A stretch of 58,612 bases of DNA from Candidatus Woesearchaeota archaeon (GTDB lineage Archaea > Nanobdellota > Nanobdellia > Pacearchaeales > GW2011-AR1): contig CAZHCJ010000003.1 of the NCBI GenBank assembly GCA_964530945.1, positions 1 through 58,612 on the forward strand. Direction: 5' to 3'. The notes beneath the pieces were generated by a model. That model was not told where the DNA came from and did not search any database. It worked only from the letters and a program-made list of their open reading frames with translations. Numbering within the stretch: the stretch's first letter is position 1; each line of letters opens with the position of its first letter. A program made the position numbers and the translations under genes. Of the stretch, positions 44,861-54,342 are shown piece by piece.

Positions 44861-45553
44861 ATGACTCAGACAACAGCACGTATAAAGAAGACAGGAAAAC
44901 ATTTTGAAATTATTGTGGATTTAGATAAAGCATTAGATTTTAAGAAAACATCTCAAGGAAATCCAAGAGAATTTTTGGAAATCGATAATATTTACACAGA
45001 TTCTGCAAAAGGCCATAAGGCATCTGATGATGATTTAAAAGAAGCTTTTGGAACTACAAACATTGAAGAAATCTCTGAAAAAATTGTGAAAGAAGGTGAA
45101 ATCCTTTTAACTCAAGAACACAGAGATGAAGAACAAGAAAAACGTGTTAAGCAAATTGTTGAATTTCTAAAAATTAATGCCCTAGACCCTAAAACAGGTA
45201 GACCTCACACTGCAGAAAGAATAAGGAATGCCTTGAACGAAGCAGGGATTAATGTGAAAAATACAAGCGTTGAGAGCCAAATTCCTGAAATTACGGAAAG
45301 TTTAAGAAGGGTGATTCCAATTAAAATATCAACAAAGAAAGTAAAAATCAAGATACCCGCTGTTCACACAGGTAAAGTTTACGGGTTGGTTAACCAGTAT
45401 AAGGAAAAAGAAAAATGGTTAGATTCCGGGGACCTAGAAATTGTTGTGAGCATTCCTGCAGGTATGATTATGGATTTTTATGACAAATTAAACTCTGTAA
45501 CGCACGGAAGTGCAACAACAGAAGAAATTAAAGAAAATACTGAAAATGAGTAA
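44861..45553 (+). CDS. SBDS/Sdo1 family ribosome maturation protein
   Basis: ARIKKTGKHFEIIVDLDKAL start and a three-domain length (230 aa). Conserved superoperon position. Confidence 0.85.
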   Translation: MTQTTARIKKTGKHFEIIVDLDKALDFKKTSQGNPREFLEIDNIYTDSAKGHKASDDDLKEAFGTTNIEEISEKIVKEGEILLTQEHRDEEQEKRVKQIVEFLKINALDPKTGRPHTAERIRNALNEAGINVKNTSVESQIPEITESLRRVIPIKISTKKVKIKIPAVHTGKVYGLVNQYKEKEKWLDSGDLEIVVSIPAGMIMDFYDKLNSVTHGSATTEEIKENTENE

Positions 45554-46250
45554 AGATAACAAAAGAACTCCTGTAATACCAGGAGAAGTAATTGCTAAAG
45601 GGAGCGAATATTTGCCTGGAGAAGGAACCGAAAAACGCGGAGAAGAGATAGTTGCAAATCGTTATGGTTTGGCAGAAGAAAATAATAGATTAGTAAAGGT
45701 TATTGCTATATCTGGTATTTATGAGCCTAGAAAAGGGAATATAGTAATAGGAAAAGTAGAAAATATCACATTTAATGGATGGGTAATAGATATTGGAATA
45801 GCAGATAATGCGTTTTTATCCCTCTCTGAAGTGCCAAGATACGTCGCTAAAGGAAACCTCTCAGAGGTTTTGGATATTGGAGACATGGTTGTTGCTAAAA
45901 TCTCAAGCATATCTGGCAGAGGCGTTGATGTTACATTAAAATCTCGCGGTTTAGGTAAAATTGAAGGTGGAATGATTGCTAAACTAAATTCAAATAAAGT
46001 TCCAAGGGTGATTGGAAAAGAAGGGAGCATGATAAAGCTCATAAAAGAAGAAACCGGGTGCAATATAACTGTTGGTCAAAACGGATTGGTTTGGATTAAA
46101 GGAGACAAAATTGAAGATGAACTTTTCGTTAGAAAAGCAATAAATTTCATTTCAGACAATTCATATCTTGAAGGTTTGACCGAAGAAGTTAAAAAATGGT
46201 TTGAGCAAGAAAAAGGTAATAAAGAGAACAAAAAGGAGAATAAAAAATAA
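45546..46250 (+). CDS. rrp4: Exosome complex RNA-binding protein Rrp4 (S1 + KH)
   Basis: S1 segment GNIVIGKVENITFNGWVIDIG and KH segment VPRVIGKEGSMIKLIKEETGCNITVGQNG. Start moved to the ATG at 45546. Confidence 0.85.
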   Translation: MSKDNKRTPVIPGEVIAKGSEYLPGEGTEKRGEEIVANRYGLAEENNRLVKVIAISGIYEPRKGNIVIGKVENITFNGWVIDIGIADNAFLSLSEVPRYVAKGNLSEVLDIGDMVVAKISSISGRGVDVTLKSRGLGKIEGGMIAKLNSNKVPRVIGKEGSMIKLIKEETGCNITVGQNGLVWIKGDKIEDELFVRKAINFISDNSYLEGLTEEVKKWFEQEKGNKENKKENKK

Positions 46251-46969
46251 TGGCAAAAGAATTCAAACGAGATAGCGGCCGTAAAGTTGATGAAACTAGG
46301 GAAATGAAAGCAAAAGTCGGAATTATCCCTAATGCAGATGGAAGTGCGATGTTTCAATTTGGAGATACGATTGCGATAGCTGCTGTTTACGGACCAAGAC
46401 AGATGCATCCTCAACACAAACAAGATCCTGAAAAAGGAACACTTCGTTGCAATTATAATATGATTAGTTTTTCTGTAGATGATAGGATTAGACCGGGTCC
46501 TAGTCGTCGTAGTACTGAAATAAGTAAAATTACTGAATGGGCACTAGAACCTGTTTTACTTATTGACAAATTCCAAAAGATGGTTGTTGATGTCCATATA
46601 AATATTGTTCAAGCGGATGCTTCAACACGTTGCGCAGGAATAAACGCTGCCGCAATGGCATTAGCACATGCAGGGATTCCAATGAAAGGATTGGTTTCTA
46701 GTGTTGCTATTGGAAAACTTGATAAAACTCTTGTTGTTGATGTAGACAAAAATGAAGAAGATTGGGAAGAAGGGGAAGGGGCCACAGACATCCCATTTAC
46801 AATAACTCAAAGCGGGGAGATTACACATTTACAACTTGATGGAAAAATCTCTAAGGAAGAATTAAAACAAGCTATTGAGATGGCTAAAAAAGCTGCAAAG
46901 GATGTTTATGAAGTCCAAAAAAAAGCTTTAAAAGATTCTCTAGACACTCGAAAGGAGGGTAAAGGTTAA
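46250..46969 (+). CDS. rrp41: Exosome complex exonuclease Rrp41 (RNase PH)
   Basis: GRKVDETREMKAKVGIIPNADGSAMFQFGDT...AAVYGPR. Confidence 0.9.
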   Translation: MAKEFKRDSGRKVDETREMKAKVGIIPNADGSAMFQFGDTIAIAAVYGPRQMHPQHKQDPEKGTLRCNYNMISFSVDDRIRPGPSRRSTEISKITEWALEPVLLIDKFQKMVVDVHINIVQADASTRCAGINAAAMALAHAGIPMKGLVSSVAIGKLDKTLVVDVDKNEEDWEEGEGATDIPFTITQSGEITHLQLDGKISKEELKQAIEMAKKAAKDVYEVQKKALKDSLDTRKEGKG

Positions 46970-47766
46970 TGGAAACAAGTGATGTGACTGGAAAAAGAAT
47001 AAAAGAATATTTGCAACACGGAAAACGCTTTGATGGAAGGAACTTGGATGATTTTAGAGAGATAACTATTGAAAAGAACGTTTCTAAGAAAGCTGAAGGC
47101 TCGGTGAGAGTGAAGCTTGGAAAAACCGAGGTGATAGTAGGAATCAAAATGGATGTGGGCACACCTTACCCTGACAGCCCAGATAAAGGAAACCTAATGG
47201 TTACTGCAGAACTTTTACCGCTTAGCTCTGAAAGATTTGAATACGGACCCCCTAGATTCCCTGCAATAGAATTGGGAAGACTTACAGATAGGGCGATACG
47301 TGAAAGCGGACTCATAGATTTTGAAAAACTTTGTATTGAACCTGGAGAAAAGGTTTGGACTGTTTTTGTTGATGTTTATTCAATAAACGATGACGGTAAT
47401 TTGTTAGATGCTGCAGGTATTGGAGCTGTTGCTGCTTTATTGGATGCAAAAATTCCAAAATACGATAAAGAGAAAGAGCAAGTTCTTTATGGAGAATATG
47501 GAAATGATAAAATACCTCTGAAAAAAGATTTAATTGTTCCTGCTACGGTACATAAAATAGGGAAAAACATTCTTGTTGACCCAACACTTGAAGAAGAAGA
47601 CGTTTCAGAAACACGTTTGACAATTGGAGCGGACGAAGCAGGAAAGATTTACTCAATGCAAAAAGGTAATTCAAAAGAGTTAAGTCAAGAAGAGGTGGAA
47701 AAAATGATTGATGTCGCCGAAAAGGTTAGGAAAAAGATATTTAAAGCTTTGAAAAACATTAATTGA
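46969..47766 (+). CDS. rrp42: Exosome complex component Rrp42
   Basis: GKRFDGRNLDDFREITIEKNV...AEGSVRVKLGKTEV. RNase PH-like. Confidence 0.9.
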   Translation: METSDVTGKRIKEYLQHGKRFDGRNLDDFREITIEKNVSKKAEGSVRVKLGKTEVIVGIKMDVGTPYPDSPDKGNLMVTAELLPLSSERFEYGPPRFPAIELGRLTDRAIRESGLIDFEKLCIEPGEKVWTVFVDVYSINDDGNLLDAAGIGAVAALLDAKIPKYDKEKEQVLYGEYGNDKIPLKKDLIVPATVHKIGKNILVDPTLEEEDVSETRLTIGADEAGKIYSMQKGNSKELSQEEVEKMIDVAEKVRKKIFKALKNIN

Positions 47767-47772
47767 TAAAAC

Positions 47773-48165
47773 ATGGCTGCACAAAAACAATTCAATCCAA
47801 AAGATTTTAGCAAATATGAAACAGCTAGAATTCTCGGAGCTCGAGCGCTTCAAATTGCGATGAACGCTCCTTTGCTTATCAAAATGAGTAAAGAAGATAT
47901 GGAAAAGATAAAGTTTGATGCTCTAAAAATTGCGGAAATAGAATTTGAATCTGGAGTTCTACCAATTTCTGTAAGAAAGCCATTCCCTCAAAAGAAAGAA
48001 GGTCGTCTGAAACGTGCAAGAGAGAAGAAAATGAGTGATAAAAAGATGGAAGAGAAAGAAAAAGAAGTTGAGAAAGAAATTGCGAAAGAAGGAGAAATCA
48101 TGAAGCTCGTTAATCCCGAGGAAGAAGAGGAAAGCACACCCGGCACAAATCCTCAGGGACAATAA
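47773..48165 (+). CDS. rpoK: DNA-directed RNA polymerase subunit K/Rpo6 with a Lys/Glu-rich C-terminal extension
   Basis: KYETARILGARALQIAMNAP core. About 55 extra charged residues follow. Confidence 0.8.
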   Translation: MAAQKQFNPKDFSKYETARILGARALQIAMNAPLLIKMSKEDMEKIKFDALKIAEIEFESGVLPISVRKPFPQKKEGRLKRAREKKMSDKKMEEKEKEVEKEIAKEGEIMKLVNPEEEEESTPGTNPQGQ

Positions 48166-48395
48166 TTTTAACCTAAATTAGTTATCTCTTGGAAGGTTTA
48201 CGAGGACAGATTATTAACTAATTCTTTATGGGAAGATTTTACGAACTCTTTAACTATTCATTAGGATACTTTGCCAGACATAAACAAAGAGATTTCTGAA
48301 AATTCTAAAAACAATATCCTTGTAAATCCTAAACAGGATAAATGTTAAAAGATTTAGAATAAATAATTTTATTCTACCAATCGATTAAAGAAAAA

Positions 48396-48403
48396 GTTAT
48401 AAA
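48396..48403 (+). promoter_or_regulatory. TATA-like box (GTTATAAA) about 22 nt upstream of the enolase ATG
   Basis: Motif and spacing. Suggests a leaderless mRNA. Confidence 0.4.
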
Positions 48404-48424
48404 CTAACAACTTTTAGTTTTTAT

Positions 48425-49615
48425 ATGGTTGTAGTAAAAGAGGTTTCTGCAAGTTCAACAAAAGACTCTCGAAGTGAAGAGACAATTCTTGTTAAAATAA
48501 AAACAGATTTTGGAAGTTTTTCTGCGAGTTCTCCAAATGGAAAAAGTCGTGGTAAATCGGAAGCAAAACCCTACAAAAAATCTTTGAAAAAAGATATTGA
48601 AACTCTAAAAAAATTTAAGAATTATTTTTCTGATGATGTCATCGAGGATTTTTCTGATTTGAGGAGGATAGAAGACATTGTTGAAGGGCATATTGGAGCC
48701 AACAGCCTTTTTGCTTTGGAATCTTGCGTTCTTAAAGCGTTGGCAAAAGAACAAAAAAAGCAAGCTTGGGAAATAATCAATCCGAAAAAGATTTCTAAAA
48801 AGAATAAAAAGAAAATTAAGTTTCCTCGTTTGCTAGGTAATGTCATCGAAGGGGGAATGCATTCCGAGGGAGAAGAAGGTAAAAAACCTGAATTCCAAGA
48901 GTTCTTACTAATTCCAAAGACTGACAATGTTGAAAAGGCGCTTAATAAAAATAAAGAAATTCGTGAAAAAGTTAAAGAACTCTTAAAGAAGAAGGATGAG
49001 TATTTCAAGGGCAACACCACTGATGAAAACGCGTGGCAAACTAGTTTAAACGACAGACAGATTTTAGATATTTTGAAAAATTTTAATATAGATATAGGGG
49101 TAGATGTTGCCGCTTCAAGTTTCCACAAACGTAAAAAGTATCATTATCAAAATCCTATATTGAAGAGGACAAAAGAAGAACACTTTAATTATGTATCAAA
49201 TTTGATTAAAAACTTTAATGTTTTTTATGTTGAGGACCCCTTAGAAGAGAATGACTTCTCTGGGTTTAGTAAACTGCACAAGCGTTTTTCAAACTCTCTC
49301 ATAGTTGGAGACGATTTAACAACGACAAATCCCAAGAGACTTGAAAAATCTATAAAAAAGAACTCTATCAATGGGATAATAGTTAAACCCAATCAAATAG
49401 GCTCACTCCTTCAGGTTAAAAAGGTTTGTGAATTGGCTAAAAAACATAAAATTAAAATTATTTTCTCTCATCGCTCAGGAGAAACTAGCGAGAATATCCT
49501 TGCAGATTTAGCAATAGGTTTTCAGGCAGACTTTTTCAAATGCGGAATTACTGGCAAAGGCAGAGAGGAAAAATTCAAACGTCTAATTAAAATTCAGAAG
49601 AGTTTGAAGAGATGA
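48425..49615 (+). CDS. eno: Enolase (short, divergent)
   Basis: KDSRSEETILVKI...SPNGKSRGKSEA, FYVEDPL, VGDDLTTTN, KPNQIGSL, SHRSGETSE. Confidence 0.8.
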   Translation: MVVVKEVSASSTKDSRSEETILVKIKTDFGSFSASSPNGKSRGKSEAKPYKKSLKKDIETLKKFKNYFSDDVIEDFSDLRRIEDIVEGHIGANSLFALESCVLKALAKEQKKQAWEIINPKKISKKNKKKIKFPRLLGNVIEGGMHSEGEEGKKPEFQEFLLIPKTDNVEKALNKNKEIREKVKELLKKKDEYFKGNTTDENAWQTSLNDRQILDILKNFNIDIGVDVAASSFHKRKKYHYQNPILKRTKEEHFNYVSNLIKNFNVFYVEDPLEENDFSGFSKLHKRFSNSLIVGDDLTTTNPKRLEKSIKKNSINGIIVKPNQIGSLLQVKKVCELAKKHKIKIIFSHRSGETSENILADLAIGFQADFFKCGITGKGREEKFKRLIKIQKSLKR

Positions 49616-49836
49616 ATAAGAAACGTAAATATGTTAGAAAAGGAAGAAAAATAGATATTATTTTAATGATTCTGCTTGTGCTCATCGGACTAATTTTTGT
49701 GGATATTATTGACATCAACCAAGGTAAAAACTTTCCGATTAATATTATTGATGAACCTTTAATGATTCTTTTTGGTTTTATTCTTGGATATCTTTTTGCT
49801 AAATTTAGGTTTATGAAAATAATAAAAGAGTCTTAA
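49612..49836 (+). CDS. Small membrane protein
   Basis: 74-aa ORF with two hydrophobic helices. 4-nt overlap with eno. Confidence 0.4.
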   Translation: MNKKRKYVRKGRKIDIILMILLVLIGLIFVDIIDINQGKNFPINIIDEPLMILFGFILGYLFAKFRFMKIIKES

Positions 49837-49873
49837 GCAAAACCTTTAAAACTCTCTGCTAATATGCTTCTTT

Positions 49874-50422
49874 ATGAAACTTTTAATAATAAGTGGTAGC
49901 CCAAGAAAAAATTCTCATTCTCGTGCTTTGGCAAACATTGCTTTAGAATATGCTAAAGAAAAGTTCAAAGACAAAAATGCCGAAATTGAATTTCTTGATT
50001 TGTATGAAAATCCGATGCAAAGCTTCAAAGGCTTTGGTGAAGAGTATGATAAGAAAACACAAAAAGCCATTCAAGCTTTGAAAAGTTGTGACTCTTGTAT
50101 TATTTCAACTCCTGTTTACAATGCTTCTTACAGCGGTGCGGTGAAGAATCTTTTTGAACACTCTAATTACAAGGCATTGAGAGGAATGATTGCAAGTTTT
50201 ATTCTGAATGCGGGAGGAAAAATAAGTTTTGAAAACGTGCACACCCAATTGAATAGTTTAATGAACTACTTCTCTGTTTTCTCAAACCCTAAGGCTGTTT
50301 ATGTTTCTCCTGAAAATTTCAAAGAAGGGCGTGTGGAACTTAAAGATGACACGATTAAAGATAGGATTGAAGAACTTATTGAATCTACAATAGATATATC
50401 AAAAAAGTTAAATAAGAGATAG
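49874..50422 (+). CDS. NADPH-dependent FMN reductase family protein
   Basis: MKLLIISGSPRKNSHSRALA flavodoxin-like start, STPVYNASYSG. Confidence 0.8.
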   Translation: MKLLIISGSPRKNSHSRALANIALEYAKEKFKDKNAEIEFLDLYENPMQSFKGFGEEYDKKTQKAIQALKSCDSCIISTPVYNASYSGAVKNLFEHSNYKALRGMIASFILNAGGKISFENVHTQLNSLMNYFSVFSNPKAVYVSPENFKEGRVELKDDTIKDRIEELIESTIDISKKLNKR

Positions 50423-50457
50423 AAACGCTTAAAAACATACATCTCTCTGATTTTAAT

Positions 50458-51399
50458 ATGACGGACGTAATAAAAGAAATTGAAAAAAATGTTGAAAAAG
50501 GCGAAGAAGCCATAGAAAAAGCTGTGGAGAAAATTGAAAAAAAAGTGAAAGAGGAAGTTGACAAACTTGAAGACAAAAAATCTGGCAGAAAATTAGAAGA
50601 AGATGCCGAAGAAGAATCTACTAAAGAAGATATTTCTAAGAAAAAAGAAGCGCTTATGGCAAAAGCTGCTGCTTTAAAAAAGAAGGTTGAAAAAGCGGAA
50701 ACTGAAGAACTTAAATCTCAAGTTAAAGCTAAGAAAAAAACAGATATGCTTGTTCCTTTGGAAGAATATGTCAAAGCAGGAATATATCTTGGAACACGTG
50801 TCGTGACCCCTGATATGAGGCAATACATTTATCGTCGCAGGGCAGACGGTTTGGCAATATTTAACACAGACATAATTGATGAAAAGATTAAAGAAGGAAT
50901 TGAATACTTGAAACAATTTGAACCTGAAGATACAATTTTAGTTTGTAAGCGTCAAGCGGGTTGGAGAGCCGCTGAGAAATTCTCGGAGCTTACGGGCATT
51001 AGAGTCTTCACAAAAAAATATCCTGCAGGAATTTTAACTAATAAGGCTTTGCCTGATTTCTTTGAGAATGAATTGACAATAATTACTGACCAATGGGTTG
51101 ACAAGAATGCCCTCAATGATACTTTAAGAGTTAATAAAAATGTTCTAATGATTTGTGATACAAATAATTTTTCTAAAGGTGCAGATAAAGTAATTATCGG
51201 AAACAATAAGAGCGCTAAGAGCATTGGACTCATATTCTATTTAATGGCTCGCGAGTATTGCAAGGCTAAGAAATTAGATGGTTTAAAAGACATTCCTGAA
51301 TTGGAGTGGTGGACAGGGGAAAAAGAAGAAAAGATAAAGAAAGAGAAAGCAATAAAAGCCGAGCCTGGGAAAGCTGAAGAAGGCAAGGAAAAGGAGTAG
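50458..51399 (+). CDS. rps2: Ribosomal protein uS2 with Lys/Glu-rich N- and C-terminal extensions
   Basis: Core LVPLEEYVKAGIYLGTRVVTPDMRQYIYRRRADGLAIFN...VCKRQAG...ITDQWVD. The conserved core begins near residue 97. An internal Met just before it is an alternative start. Confidence 0.8.
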   Translation: MTDVIKEIEKNVEKGEEAIEKAVEKIEKKVKEEVDKLEDKKSGRKLEEDAEEESTKEDISKKKEALMAKAAALKKKVEKAETEELKSQVKAKKKTDMLVPLEEYVKAGIYLGTRVVTPDMRQYIYRRRADGLAIFNTDIIDEKIKEGIEYLKQFEPEDTILVCKRQAGWRAAEKFSELTGIRVFTKKYPAGILTNKALPDFFENELTIITDQWVDKNALNDTLRVNKNVLMICDTNNFSKGADKVIIGNNKSAKSIGLIFYLMAREYCKAKKLDGLKDIPELEWWTGEKEEKIKKEKAIKAEPGKAEEGKEKE

Positions 51400-51402
51400 T
51401 TG

Positions 51403-51594
51403 ATGGATCCTATAGAATTAATCTCTTGGGGAGATGCAGGACGTTATGTATTGACCTTTGCTTCTGCAATCGGAATTGCCGGAACTCTTACAGGCACCAA
51501 TTACTATTTTTTAACAAAATATGCTAAAATGAAAGATAATTCAGAGAAAAGAGAAAAAGAATCAGGATTATCTAAAACACTGAAAGAAAAATGA
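51403..51594 (+). CDS. Small membrane protein
   Basis: ORF with its ATG at 51403, 3 nt after the rps2 stop. One TM helix. Confidence 0.35.
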   Translation: MDPIELISWGDAGRYVLTFASAIGIAGTLTGTNYYFLTKYAKMKDNSEKREKESGLSKTLKEK

Positions 51595-51708
51595 CGAATC
51601 CTAAACTTTATAAATAAAAATTTCTATATTTAAGTAGGAAGAAGTTAGGATATTTTCCTTAATTTTTAAACCTTTGAACTCAAAACAAAAAAGAGGTTTT
51701 TATGAAAA

Positions 51709-51996
51709 ATGGCAAAAAATTTAGACACAAACACGCAAAATGGAAGAAAATGGCATCGAGTTTCTCTAGATAGTGATTTGATAGCTGAAAGAATAACGAG
51801 CACAGATACAGGACCAAAAGTTTTAGGAATTCGCCCCTTAAGAAAACCGACGCCTGAAGAAGTGAGAGCTTCTTTCATGGAAAAAGGATGCTATGATGTG
51901 ATATTAACTCCTGGAGACGGAAATAAAATAAACGTAAGATTTAGATATCATCCAAGAGGGAATGGAATAAATTCTCCCAATTATTCTATCCATTAA
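51709..51996 (+). CDS. Hypothetical protein
   Basis: 95-aa ORF. No motif. Confidence 0.4.
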   Translation: MAKNLDTNTQNGRKWHRVSLDSDLIAERITSTDTGPKVLGIRPLRKPTPEEVRASFMEKGCYDVILTPGDGNKINVRFRYHPRGNGINSPNYSIH

Positions 51997-52014
51997 TCAA
52001 GCTTAAAGAAAAGG

Positions 52015-52389
52015 CTACTTCACAAATTCTACATTTGCCATGTCTTTAAATTCTTTATCTCCCGTAAGGAATTTCACTCCATTTTTCTTTGCCAATATAT
52101 ATCCTATGCAATCTACATGAGATACCTTTCTTTTTTTGTGCAATAGTTTGAATTTATTGGCTTCTTTTATGACTTCGTCACTTATTTTTATACAAAAAGG
52201 TTTGAATCTTTCGTATGCCTTTTCTGCAATTTTTCCTCCATAAACCCTAAGCAAGTTATAATGTAACTCTATTAAATTAAGATTAGTGGTAATTATCCCT
52301 GACTTTAAATAATTCTTATAATTTTTATTCTTATGAATTATTTCGAAAAACGCATATGTATCAAAAAAATATTCTTTTACTTCTCCCAT
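52015..52389 (-). CDS. vapC: PIN-domain toxin VapC
   Basis: YFFDTYAFFEI start, later ...HVDCIGYILAKK... and FLTGDKEF. 124 aa. Confidence 0.8.
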   Translation of the reverse strand: MGEVKEYFFDTYAFFEIIHKNKNYKNYLKSGIITTNLNLIELHYNLLRVYGGKIAEKAYERFKPFCIKISDEVIKEANKFKLLHKKRKVSHVDCIGYILAKKNGVKFLTGDKEFKDMANVEFVK

Positions 52390-52592
52390 TCTTCTCTAGA
52401 TAAATTTTTCATTTTTTGACCTGAGAGTTTCCTGTTTTTGACTAATCCAAAAATATCTGATAAATCTGCCTTTTTTATTACGCGAATTAAAATCTCTTTA
52501 TTTTCTTCTATATTCTCTTTTTCAACAAATTCTTTAGGCAAAACAATTCCTATAGAATTTCCCCATTTTTTTGGCTTTACTGAAGTTATCAT
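52377..52592 (-). CDS. AbrB/MazE (SpoVT)-type antitoxin
   Basis: KKWGNSIGIVLPKEFVE swapped-hairpin motif. Overlaps the PIN gene start. Confidence 0.75.
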   Translation of the reverse strand: MITSVKPKKWGNSIGIVLPKEFVEKENIEENKEILIRVIKKADLSDIFGLVKNRKLSGQKMKNLSREEWEK

Positions 52593-52701
52593 TTTAGTTA
52601 TATTTCTATTATACTCAAATATAATTAATTTATAAGCTTTTCTAATTGATTTCTCAAATCTTAAAAAACAAAGAAAATTAAAATTTTCTAGCCTTCCAAA
52701 A

Positions 52702-53148
52702 TTAGTTAATTTTGAAAAACAACCAACTCTTTTCTGGTTTATTTCCGTAACTGGTTTTTATCAAGACATACTTCCCTTGGAGTTTTTTTCCTTTTAGATT
52801 AAATTCAATTTTCTTTCCAAGTAAATCTTTGTTATTTTTTGATTTACTGGCACCAAAAATCTTTGATTTTTTAGTGTTACTTTTTTCTAACAATTCATAT
52901 GTTCCTTTGTCCCAAATTTCAACCTTTCCGGCTCCGTAACTCCCTTCGGGAATTGTTCCTTCAAACGTTGCGTAACCTAAGTCGTGGTCTTGTACTTGAA
53001 TGGCTAAACGCTTCGTCCCTTTCTTTTTTGGAGGTTGCTTTGGAATGGCCCAACTTTTCAAAACTCCGTCCATTTCCAAACGAAAATCATAGTGGAGATT
53101 TGTTGCGTCGTGTTTTTGTATTACGAAAATTGGCTCTTTGTTTGTCAT
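52702..53148 (-). CDS. Stand-alone LigD-type 3'-phosphoesterase (PE) domain protein
   Basis: FVIQKHDATNLHYDFRLEMDGVLKSWAIPKQPP is the LigD N-terminal PE-domain signature. 148 aa. Confidence 0.85.
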   Translation of the reverse strand: MTNKEPIFVIQKHDATNLHYDFRLEMDGVLKSWAIPKQPPKKKGTKRLAIQVQDHDLGYATFEGTIPEGSYGAGKVEIWDKGTYELLEKSNTKKSKIFGASKSKNNKDLLGKKIEFNLKGKKLQGKYVLIKTSYGNKPEKSWLFFKIN

Positions 53149-53149
53149 T

Positions 53150-53566
53150 TTAATTATTTTTTAAAAATCCTTTAACACTTTTTATAAAACTTTTCACATC
53201 GAGAATTATCTCGTCTTTAATTGAATCAAAAACAAATTCGTCATTTACTTTCCCGTATTCATGTGCAATTATATTTCTCATACCCTTTGCCTCTTGAAGT
53301 TTCTCTTTCAAATTTTCAGATATGATTTTTTCATCAAATAATATGTCAAAAGCTTGTTTTTCTTCTTCAGGTGTTTTAAGCCTAAATCTTTTAATTAAAA
53401 TAAATGCTAAATCTATGACTGCAGTAATTATTCTTTCAAAATATCTTTCACACGCAGCTTTAAGTTTAAAGTCATGCTTGTATTCCTCAAAATCTGAAGG
53501 AATTATTTCGGAAAGCTCCTGCAAATAATCTTCTAATTCTTCAATTTTGTCTTTTATTCTATTCAT
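53150..53566 (-). CDS. hepT: HEPN-domain toxin HepT (DUF86)
   Basis: Rx4HxY motif in GMRNIIAHEYGKV. 138 aa. Confidence 0.85.
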   Translation of the reverse strand: MNRIKDKIEELEDYLQELSEIIPSDFEEYKHDFKLKAACERYFERIITAVIDLAFILIKRFRLKTPEEEKQAFDILFDEKIISENLKEKLQEAKGMRNIIAHEYGKVNDEFVFDSIKDEIILDVKSFIKSVKGFLKNN

Positions 53567-54074
53567 TTTTCCATATAACCTTTCCTTTGTTTTTAACTTC
53601 TCTTTTTACCTTTTTAGGAAGAACATTGAAAACTTTCACATCTACACTATCCGGAAGTTTTCCCAATACATTTTTCCTGAAGCTGAAAGCTTTTTTCTCA
53701 CTTATTTTTGAAAATTCCACTGCTATGTCTATGTCTGATTTTAAAGTAGGCTTCTTTTCAACAACTGAACCAAATAAGATTATTCTTTCCATCTTATTCT
53801 CCAAAGGATGTTCTAAAATAATTTCTTTTATTTCCTGAATCAAAGAATTTACTGAACTTGCTTTTTTTAAATCGAACATATCTGAAAATTTTGATGCTTC
53901 TTCAATAAATTGAAACTTCTTTCTTATATCTCTTGAAAGCCTATTTTTTTCAGACTGAGTTAAAGGAATTCCTCTAAGCTGTTTTTCTATTATTTTTAGC
54001 TCACGTTTTCCAAATATTTTTCTCGCTTTTTCATTATTTTTAAGAAACTTAATAAATTTCATTATAACCTCCAT
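53559..54074 (-). CDS. mntA: MNT-type nucleotidyltransferase antitoxin with an N-terminal extension
   Basis: LFGSVVEKKPTLKSDIDIAV (GSx10SDxD). 8-nt overlap with hepT. Confidence 0.8.
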   Translation of the reverse strand: MEVIMKFIKFLKNNEKARKIFGKRELKIIEKQLRGIPLTQSEKNRLSRDIRKKFQFIEEASKFSDMFDLKKASSVNSLIQEIKEIILEHPLENKMERIILFGSVVEKKPTLKSDIDIAVEFSKISEKKAFSFRKNVLGKLPDSVDVKVFNVLPKKVKREVKNKGKVIWKNE

Positions 54075-54121
54075 TATGGTTATAATAACCTAAATAATGG
54101 TTATTTATATATCTTTCTAAA

Positions 54122-54307
54122 TTATTCTTTTTCTTTAACCAATTCTCTCAAATCTGCTCTTTTCAAAACTCTGTGAAATTCTTCCACATTTTCCACAGGC
54201 ATGAACATCTCACCATTAAGATAGGTATATAATTTATTTGGATCAAAAGGAGTTTCTTCTCCTTTCCTTAATTCATACTTGTCTCCATTGAGATAATGTT
54301 CTTCCAT
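54122..54307 (-). CDS. Hypothetical small protein
   Basis: 61-aa ORF only. Confidence 0.3.
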   Translation of the reverse strand: MEEHYLNGDKYELRKGEETPFDPNKLYTYLNGEMFMPVENVEEFHRVLKRADLRELVKEKE

Positions 54308-54342
54308 TAAAATTTATAAACATTCAAACATATTTAATATTA

